Source: Candidatus Cloacimonadales bacterium (lineage in GTDB: Bacteria; Cloacimonadota; Cloacimonadia; Cloacimonadales; JAIOQZ01). Taken from it: a stretch of 64,000 nucleotides of DNA. The notes under the pieces are model-generated. The model saw only the letters and a program-made list of their open reading frames with translations, had not been told where the DNA came from and ran no database searches. Each line of letters starts with the position of its first letter. The stretch's first letter is position 1. The position numbers and the translations under genes are program-made. The stretch covers positions 3,392,001-3,456,000 of the forward strand of contig OY771587.1 of the NCBI GenBank assembly GCA_963674825.1. The letters are read 5' to 3'. Below, piece after piece: positions 57,597 through 64,000 of this stretch.

Positions 57597-58300
57597 CATT
57601 CGAAGCAATTGTCCTCTGCGGAGGTATGGGGACGCGGCTAAAATCGGTTACCGGCGATCTGCCCAAGCCGATGGTCGATATAGCCGGCCGTCCTTTCCTG
57701 GATTACCATCTCGCGATGCTGGCTCAAGAAGGATTCAGGCATGTGGTGCTGGCTGCTGGTTATGGCGCGGACTCGATTCAACGCTACTTCGGAGATTCCC
57801 GCTTCGGGATGAAGCTGAGCTACGCCATCGAGCAGGAACCGCTGGGAACCGGAGGAGCGGTCTGCAACGCCCTATCGAATTGTGAGCAGGAGTTTGTGTT
57901 CGTGCTGAATGGCGATACATTTGCGCAGGTGGATTTCCCCAATATGATGCGCCAGCATGAAACTACGGGGTCCGATATCACCATCTGCGGTAAATGGATG
58001 GATGACTGCGATCGCTATGGAGCGCTGGAGATTGATAAAGAGATGCGCATAACCTTGTTCCGGGAAAAAGAATCGGGACGATCGGGCTACATAAATGCGG
58101 GAATTTACCTGATGAAGCGTACCGTTTTGCCTTGCGAGAGAATGAAGTTTTCCCTGGAGAAGGATATGCTGGAAGTTAATACAGAACATATTCTTATGAA
58201 GATGCACATTATAAAGGGATTCTTCATTGATATCGGTGTACCGCATGATTATAGCCGGGCTATCGAGCTACTGCCCAAATGGACTGAAGCATATTTTTAG
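57593..58300 (+). CDS. hddC: Heptose-1-phosphate guanylyltransferase-like nucleotidyltransferase
   Basis: LCGGMGTRL, PKPM, EPLGTGGA, LNGDT, FIDIGVP; follows hddA-gmhA. Confidence 0.8.
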   Translation: MTFEAIVLCGGMGTRLKSVTGDLPKPMVDIAGRPFLDYHLAMLAQEGFRHVVLAAGYGADSIQRYFGDSRFGMKLSYAIEQEPLGTGGAVCNALSNCEQEFVFVLNGDTFAQVDFPNMMRQHETTGSDITICGKWMDDCDRYGALEIDKEMRITLFREKESGRSGYINAGIYLMKRTVLPCERMKFSLEKDMLEVNTEHILMKMHIIKGFFIDIGVPHDYSRAIELLPKWTEAYF

Positions 58301-58383
58301 TGGACAGATCTATACGCTATTAAAAGAATTGCAGTTGGTGTAAAACCACGTTATGTATTTAATGAACAATGTCGGGAAGTGCT

Positions 58384-58938
58384 ATGTATGCTGAGAAAGT
58401 GAATATCGATGGCCTTCTGGTAATACAACCAGAGGTGTTTCGAGATGCTCGCGGCTATTTCTTCGAAGTTTACCACAAGGAGAAATTTAGCCGGATGGGT
58501 CTTGACGTCGAATTTATTCAGGATAATGAGTCGAAATCGCTCAAGAATACGATTCGGGGACTGCATTATCAGATTGATCCTCATGCTCAGGGCAAATTGA
58601 TCCGTGTTCTGGAAGGAACAATCCGTGATGTCGCTGTGGATATCCGCAAGGGATCGCCGACCTTTGGCCAGCACTTTTCCATCGATATCACCGCAGAGAG
58701 CCATACTCATGTTTGGATTCCAGCTGGGTTCGCGCATGGCTTCTCCGTGCTCTCCGAAACAGCGGTTATCCTTTATAAATGCACGTCACTCTATTCTAAA
58801 GAGCACGAACGCGGAATTCACTACAACGATCCGTCCCTCTCCATCGATTGGGGCGTCCAATCACCTATCGTTTCCGAAAAAGACTTGGCGTTGCCCTGCA
58901 TTAGCGATGCCGAGATGAACTTCCTGTATAGAAAATGA
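58384..58938 (+). CDS. rmlC: dTDP-4-dehydrorhamnose 3,5-epimerase
   Basis: DARGYF, QDNES, RGLHYQ, DVAVDIR.GSPTFG, GFAHGF, YKC. Confidence 0.93.
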   Translation: MYAEKVNIDGLLVIQPEVFRDARGYFFEVYHKEKFSRMGLDVEFIQDNESKSLKNTIRGLHYQIDPHAQGKLIRVLEGTIRDVAVDIRKGSPTFGQHFSIDITAESHTHVWIPAGFAHGFSVLSETAVILYKCTSLYSKEHERGIHYNDPSLSIDWGVQSPIVSEKDLALPCISDAEMNFLYRK

Positions 58939-59798
58939 AAACCATTATCCTGCTGGGATCCGAAGGTCAGCTTGGCACAGCGCTACAACATGAGATGGCA
59001 CTTCAGGGGATCGATTTTATCGCGTTGGATCGCCCTGAATTCGACATACTGAACCTTGATTCGTTTGAACGGATCATGCAGGAGCGCAAGGTGGAAGCGG
59101 TGATCAACTGCGCCGCTTACACGAATGTTCCCAAGGCAGAGACAGAAGTCGAAGCTGCGATGCAGATTAATGGAAGTGCGCTCAAGCCTCTATCCGAACT
59201 TTGTGACGTCAATGGAGTCTATCTGATTCACATCAGCACCGACTACGTGTTCGACGGCAGGAAGGGCTCCGCGTATATCGAAGATGACCTGCCTAATCCT
59301 GTGAGCATATATGGGATGTCGAAGCTGATGGGGGAGATGATGGTTCGTCGATACGCCGGACAGTACGCGATTGTACGCACGGCGGGAGTCTATGGCCATA
59401 GCAACCTGAACAGCGACAACATCGTGGAGAAGCTGATCCGGTTCGGCCAGAGCAATCCGACCTTGAAGATGGTAACGGACGAAGTGACATCACCGACATG
59501 GTCCGTCGACCTTGCGCGGCAAATTCTGGTGATCCTTGAGAAGAGAATACAAGGGATCATCCACGCGACCAGCAATGGCGAATGTAACTGGTTGGAGTTC
59601 GGCAGATGCATTTTCGAGACACTCGGAATGAACGTAGAACTGGAGCCGGTTCCGTCATCGTTCTTTAATAAAAACTTGCATAAACCCTTATACTCAGTTC
59701 TGCAAAATGCAGTATTGAAAGATTTATTCTGTGACCAGATGCCAGATTGGCGTTCATCGTTGATCTTGTATCTCAAGTCCAGGCAGAAGTCGGAGTAA
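58935..59798 (+). CDS. rmlD: dTDP-4-dehydrorhamnose reductase
   Basis: GSEGQLG, NCAAYT, ISTDYVFDG, YGMSK, SPT. Confidence 0.92.
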   Translation: MKTIILLGSEGQLGTALQHEMALQGIDFIALDRPEFDILNLDSFERIMQERKVEAVINCAAYTNVPKAETEVEAAMQINGSALKPLSELCDVNGVYLIHISTDYVFDGRKGSAYIEDDLPNPVSIYGMSKLMGEMMVRRYAGQYAIVRTAGVYGHSNLNSDNIVEKLIRFGQSNPTLKMVTDEVTSPTWSVDLARQILVILEKRIQGIIHATSNGECNWLEFGRCIFETLGMNVELEPVPSSFFNKNLHKPLYSVLQNAVLKDLFCDQMPDWRSSLILYLKSRQKSE

Positions 59799-59805
59799 CG
59801 TAGTT

Positions 59806-61908
59806 TTGAAACGGAAAATCAGATATCTTGTATCTTCACTTATCAACTTCGTGATTGTAATGGGGTCTTTTCTTGTTGTAGCCTGGCTCAGGCCAGCAAC
59901 AGTGAATTACGTGTTACCACATTACTGGAAACCCGTTTTACTATATTCGTTGATATGGATTGTGGTTTCGGCACTTGGAGGTAAATACAGCAGCAGGTAT
60001 CGATCATCATTTCGAAAAGTATTTTCAACACTGTTCTTCAGCGATTTCTTTGTGCTGGCAATTATATCGATTATAATGGTTGTTTTTACCAAAATTGGAC
60101 TATCCAGAATCATCATTTTCGGTACAACGGTACTGGCTTTCCTTATTGAATTAATCTTGTACGGAATACACTGGAGAATAACCAAAAAGAAAATAGCCAC
60201 AATAGCTGTTCAAAAGGTATCAAAGAAGAATATAATTCAGGATGTGACGCTTCCAGATGAGATCGATACGGATACCGATGAAGGATTGAACCAGCTGCGC
60301 CAGCAGAAGAAGCCTAAGATCACGTATAACCTGATACAGCTTATCATTCTTGATTTGATCCTGTTCATTGCGGCATTTTTGTTTGTCACATGGCTGAAGG
60401 ATGCGACACGTCGTGTCGTTATTCCTACATATTGGCAGCCAATGGTGATCTGTTCGGTAATCTGGCTGTTCATCTCGTTCTTCAGTGAGAAATACTTTCT
60501 GAAGCAACGTAAGAAAATATCAACGATGTTCTCGGTCATCCTTATGACCAACCTCATTATCATTTCTTTTATCGCAATCCTTGTTCTTGCAGTAAAAGCA
60601 TTCCATTATTCACGGCTGGTCGTGTTCGGGACGATGGTTGTTACGACTGTGCTGGAAATGTTTCTTGCATGGGTCTATTTCTTCACCTCGGAGTTCCAGA
60701 AAACCAATCCTGAATACGCAAAGAGTTCGCTGGTCACTGATTCTGACGCATTGGAAGAAGACGCTGAAACACTGTTACAAGATGAACATCGTACCGCATG
60801 GAAGCCGATGCGATACGATCCTAAGTTTGCATCTAGTGAGAAGCTCGAAGATTCCATCCTGATGCGGCTGATGAACAAGTACCTCAAAGACGATGAGCAG
60901 CTATTCGAATTTATTAACGACAGCGTTGCACTTGAAAACGTGCATAAAGACAACTCGCAAGTACTGAATACAACGACGCTTTACAACATCGAGATCGAAG
61001 ACGACGATTCGCTCGAGTTCTTCCTTAACCTGCATCGCGTCAACGATATGCGTCGCTTGAACAAATACTTCATAAAGGTCAACAGCAAGCTGAAGGAAGG
61101 CGCGATTTTTATCGGGGTCGGAATGACCTTGAAAGAACGTAGGAGGAAGATTCGTGAGCGCTTCCCGCGTATGATCGCGATGCCGATTCTTGCACTGGAT
61201 TTCATTCTGAATCGTGTGTTCCCGAAACTCACATTTTTCAAAGGTATCTATTTTGCTTGCACCAAAGGTAGTAACAGACCTCTCTCCAAGTGCGAAATAC
61301 TTGGCAGGCTCAATTACTGCGGTTTCGAGATCATCGACGAGCGTGAGATCGACAACCTTCTCTACTTCGTGGTCAAGAAGGTATCCAAGCCCAGCCGGGA
61401 TACAAATCCATCCTATGGACCACTTTTCCGCATGAAACGTCGAGGCAAGCACGGGAAGTTTATCTATGTTTATAAGTTCCGTACCATGCACCCTTACTCA
61501 GAGTACCTTCAACACTATATGGTAGAGCGTTATGGCTATGGTGATAAGGGAAAGATTGATGACGATTTCCGTGTGACTGAATGGGGCAGAATAATCCGCA
61601 AGCTCTGGCTGGACGAACTACCGCAGCTTCTAAATTGGTTCAAGGGCGATCTTGCTTTGGTAGGGGTTCGTCCTTTGAGCGAACGTTTCTTGAAAGAATA
61701 CCCTGAGGAACTCCGTGAGGAGCGCTTTAAGTATAAACCAGGCTGCATTCCGCCTTATGTAGCGCTTAGAATGCAACGCGTCGAAGATTACCTGATTTCG
61801 GAAAAGATTTATTTGCAGGATAAACGGAAGCATCCGTTCTTTACCGACATCAAATATTTCTTCTGGGCAGTGTACAATATTTTGACAAATCGGATTCGTA
61901 GTGAATAA
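59806..61908 (+). CDS. Polyprenyl-phosphate sugar phosphotransferase (Bac_transf) with a duplicated 4-TM N-terminal module
   Basis: C-terminal YKFRTM, DFRVT..G, LDELPQL, LVGVRPL, KPG; TTG start. Confidence 0.85.
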   Translation: MKRKIRYLVSSLINFVIVMGSFLVVAWLRPATVNYVLPHYWKPVLLYSLIWIVVSALGGKYSSRYRSSFRKVFSTLFFSDFFVLAIISIIMVVFTKIGLSRIIIFGTTVLAFLIELILYGIHWRITKKKIATIAVQKVSKKNIIQDVTLPDEIDTDTDEGLNQLRQQKKPKITYNLIQLIILDLILFIAAFLFVTWLKDATRRVVIPTYWQPMVICSVIWLFISFFSEKYFLKQRKKISTMFSVILMTNLIIISFIAILVLAVKAFHYSRLVVFGTMVVTTVLEMFLAWVYFFTSEFQKTNPEYAKSSLVTDSDALEEDAETLLQDEHRTAWKPMRYDPKFASSEKLEDSILMRLMNKYLKDDEQLFEFINDSVALENVHKDNSQVLNTTTLYNIEIEDDDSLEFFLNLHRVNDMRRLNKYFIKVNSKLKEGAIFIGVGMTLKERRRKIRERFPRMIAMPILALDFILNRVFPKLTFFKGIYFACTKGSNRPLSKCEILGRLNYCGFEIIDEREIDNLLYFVVKKVSKPSRDTNPSYGPLFRMKRRGKHGKFIYVYKFRTMHPYSEYLQHYMVERYGYGDKGKIDDDFRVTEWGRIIRKLWLDELPQLLNWFKGDLALVGVRPLSERFLKEYPEELREERFKYKPGCIPPYVALRMQRVEDYLISEKIYLQDKRKHPFFTDIKYFFWAVYNILTNRIRSE

Positions 61909-61971
61909 GTGACTCGAATAAAAACGTAGATTCGCAGTGAATCTTGAGCCAATATATGAAATGAGGATACT

Positions 61972-63060
61972 ATGGATAAATTGAGATTCGGCATCGTTGG
62001 ATGCGGAAGGATTTTCAAAAAACACGCACAGACACTAACAAGTTATTTATCGGACAAGGCAGAACTGGTCGCAGTATGCGATACCAAGTTCGATCGAGCC
62101 CAAAAAGCGGGTGAAGAGTACGGCGTTCCGTATTACTCGAACTACAACGAAATGCTTTCACGTCACCCAGAAATCGACGTGGTGAACATCCTTACCGAGA
62201 GCGGTAATCACGCGCACCACACCATCGATATAGCACGGAACTACAAGAAGCATATCGTGGTGGAAAAGCCGATGGCACTTACGCTGGAAGACGCGGATGA
62301 AATGATTCGCGTATGCGATGAGCATCGGGTTAAACTCTTCGTGGTGAAGCAGAACCGTTACAACGTCCCGGTAATGAAGCTCCGCGAAGCGCTGGATAAC
62401 GGTCGCTTCGGAAAGCTTGTTATGGGTACAGTTCGCGTACGCTGGTGCAGGCCGCAAGCCTATTACGATCAGGACGCGTGGCGTGGAACCTGGAGCATGG
62501 ATGGTGGTGTTTTTACCAATCAGGCGTCACATCACATTGACTTGCTCGAATGGATGCTCGGCGAGCCGATCTCCGTCTTTGCCAAGAGTCGCACCGCGCT
62601 GGTGGATATTGAAACCGAAGATACCGGCGTCGCGATCATCCAGTTCCGCAATGGCATTCTTGGCGTGGTGGAAGCCACTACTGCGACACGCCCTAAGGAC
62701 CTCGAAGGCTCCCTGACCATCATGGGTGAACACGGAACAGTTGAGATCGGCGGATTCGCGGTAAACGAGATGAAAATCTGGAATTTCAACGACAGCAACG
62801 ACGACTCCCAGGAAGTTCTCTCCGAATTCAAGGAGATGCCCCCAAACGTTTACGGTTACGGACACAACATGTATCTGGACAACGTCTGCGAATCAATATT
62901 GAACGATAAGCGCGCACTGGTGGACGGCCTCGAAGGACGAAAGTCTCTCGAGCTGATCAACGCCATCTATGAATCAATCGAGACCGGACGCGAAGTACAA
63001 CTGCGGTTCCGTCCGGAGAAATGCCGCCTCGGCAGAAAGAACGGAAACCATGACAAATAA
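61972..63060 (+). CDS. Gfo/Idh/MocA oxidoreductase (WbpB/WlbA-like UDP-GlcNAcA 3-dehydrogenase)
   Basis: GCGRI, VEKPMAL, VVKQNRYN, WRGTW, NQASHHID; adjacent acetyltransferase and aminotransferase. Confidence 0.85.
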   Translation: MDKLRFGIVGCGRIFKKHAQTLTSYLSDKAELVAVCDTKFDRAQKAGEEYGVPYYSNYNEMLSRHPEIDVVNILTESGNHAHHTIDIARNYKKHIVVEKPMALTLEDADEMIRVCDEHRVKLFVVKQNRYNVPVMKLREALDNGRFGKLVMGTVRVRWCRPQAYYDQDAWRGTWSMDGGVFTNQASHHIDLLEWMLGEPISVFAKSRTALVDIETEDTGVAIIQFRNGILGVVEATTATRPKDLEGSLTIMGEHGTVEIGGFAVNEMKIWNFNDSNDDSQEVLSEFKEMPPNVYGYGHNMYLDNVCESILNDKRALVDGLEGRKSLELINAIYESIETGREVQLRFRPEKCRLGRKNGNHDK

Positions 63061-63520
63061 GCCGGCGAAAGTTTATCAGGCGCACATTAAGGATGACGTG
63101 AAGTTCGGCGAGAACGTCACCGTGGTCGAGCCGGTCAATCTATACGGCTGCGAGATTGGCGACGATAGCTTTATCGGGCCGTTTGTCGAGATCCAGAAGG
63201 ATGTCACCATTGGCAAGCGAACCCGCGTGCAGTCTCACACATTTGTCTGTGAGCTGGTTTACATCGGTGATGACTGCTTTATCGCGCATGGCGTGATGTT
63301 TATTAACGACCTTTTCGCCAAGGGTGGGCCGGCGCAAGGAGAAAAAGCGCTCTGGAAATCCACGCGTATCGGCAACCATGTTTCGATTGGTTCAAACGCG
63401 ACTATATTGCCGGTGGATATCTGCGACAATGTCGTGATCGGTGCCGGTGCAGTTGTGACCAAAAATATTACCGAGCCGGGGATTTACATTGGAAACCCGG
63501 CAAGAAAACTGAACAAATAG
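63050..63520 (+). CDS. Hexapeptide-repeat N-acetyltransferase (WbpD/WlbB-like)
   Basis: NLYGCEIG, GPFVEIQ, GVMFIND, IGAGAVVTK, GNPAR. Confidence 0.88.
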   Translation: MTNKPAKVYQAHIKDDVKFGENVTVVEPVNLYGCEIGDDSFIGPFVEIQKDVTIGKRTRVQSHTFVCELVYIGDDCFIAHGVMFINDLFAKGGPAQGEKALWKSTRIGNHVSIGSNATILPVDICDNVVIGAGAVVTKNITEPGIYIGNPARKLNK

Positions 63521-63560
63521 GTTCCCGACATATGTGTCAGGAATTTGAAATGAGGTAGAA

Positions 63561-64000
63561 ATGAACGTACCTTTTGTAGATCTGAAAGCTCAATACAAGA
63601 GCATCAAACAGGAGATGGATGCAGCCATTCAGGACGTGATCGATAACACTGCCTTTATCGGCGGTCCTGCTATGAATCGATTCAATGACGAATACGCGCA
63701 GTATATCGGCGTGAAGCACTGCATTGGCGTTGGCAACGGAACCGACGCGATCGTGCTGCTGATCAAGGCGATGGGTATCGGTCCCGGCGACGAGGTGATC
63801 GCTCCCGCGTTTACGTTTGTCGCCACCACAGAAGCAATCACCGCAACCGGTGCACGAGTCGTGCTCGTCGACGTTCATCCCGATTACTACAACATTGATC
63901 CAGCGCTCATCGAAGCAAAGATCACGGACAAGACCAAGGCGATTGTGGCTGTTCATCTCTATGGACAGGTTGCCGATATGAATCCGATCCGCGACATTGC
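63561..64000 (+). CDS. DegT/DnrJ/EryC1/StrS aminotransferase (WbpE-like); runs off the right window edge
   Basis: Not in the ORF track. Manual translation: MNVPFVDLKAQY...FIGG...GVGNGTDA...GPGDEVI.PAFTFVAT...TKAIVAVHLYGQ. Confidence 0.9.
   Translation, partial: MNVPFVDLKAQYKSIKQEMDAAIQDVIDNTAFIGGPAMNRFNDEYAQYIGVKHCIGVGNGTDAIVLLIKAMGIGPGDEVIAPAFTFVATTEAITATGARVVLVDVHPDYYNIDPALIEAKITDKTKAIVAVHLYGQVADMNPIRDI

Noticed and set aside
1..64000. tRNA, rRNA, IS transposase or prophage genes
   Set aside because: None recognised by eye. The GGTTCGA strings at 13268 and 44701 belong to the repeats, not to tRNA cloverleaves. tRNAscan/Infernal would be needed to exclude them formally.

Overview
64-kb chromosomal window from a diderm bacterium with about 50% GC. 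It most likely belongs to the FCB group, possibly Cloacimonadota; this is inferred from the YPNPFNP-type C-terminal sorting domains, the large secreted beta-helix protein and the gene set. It holds about 52 CDSs. These include housekeeping genes (asd, radC, recO, glmS, a cca-like nucleotidyltransferase, tcdA, tatD, ATP-type PEPCK), a divergent iscS-iscU(+DUF59)-porin operon, and a phoH / HD-GYP / alanine-racemase-fusion operon. There are also several catalytically degenerate signalling proteins, two mosaic paralogues of an FG-GAP protein, and a 1788-aa four-module beta-helix protein. The right end starts a surface-polysaccharide locus (TagF-like transferase, GDP-heptose genes, rmlC/rmlD, WbpB/D/E-like genes). 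I found no rRNA, tRNA, CRISPR array, transposase or reverse transcriptase. The most unusual non-genic signal is a set of nested REP-like palindromes. Two composite arrays in inverted orientation flank the Fe-S operon, and a conserved structured 3' tail follows both FG-GAP genes. One ~40-nt hairpin module sits inside two different host repeats, once in-frame within a coding sequence. Also notable are a candidate ~65-nt sRNA, a gene remnant, and several unusual domain fusions. All family calls rest on motif recognition by eye; no database searches were run.
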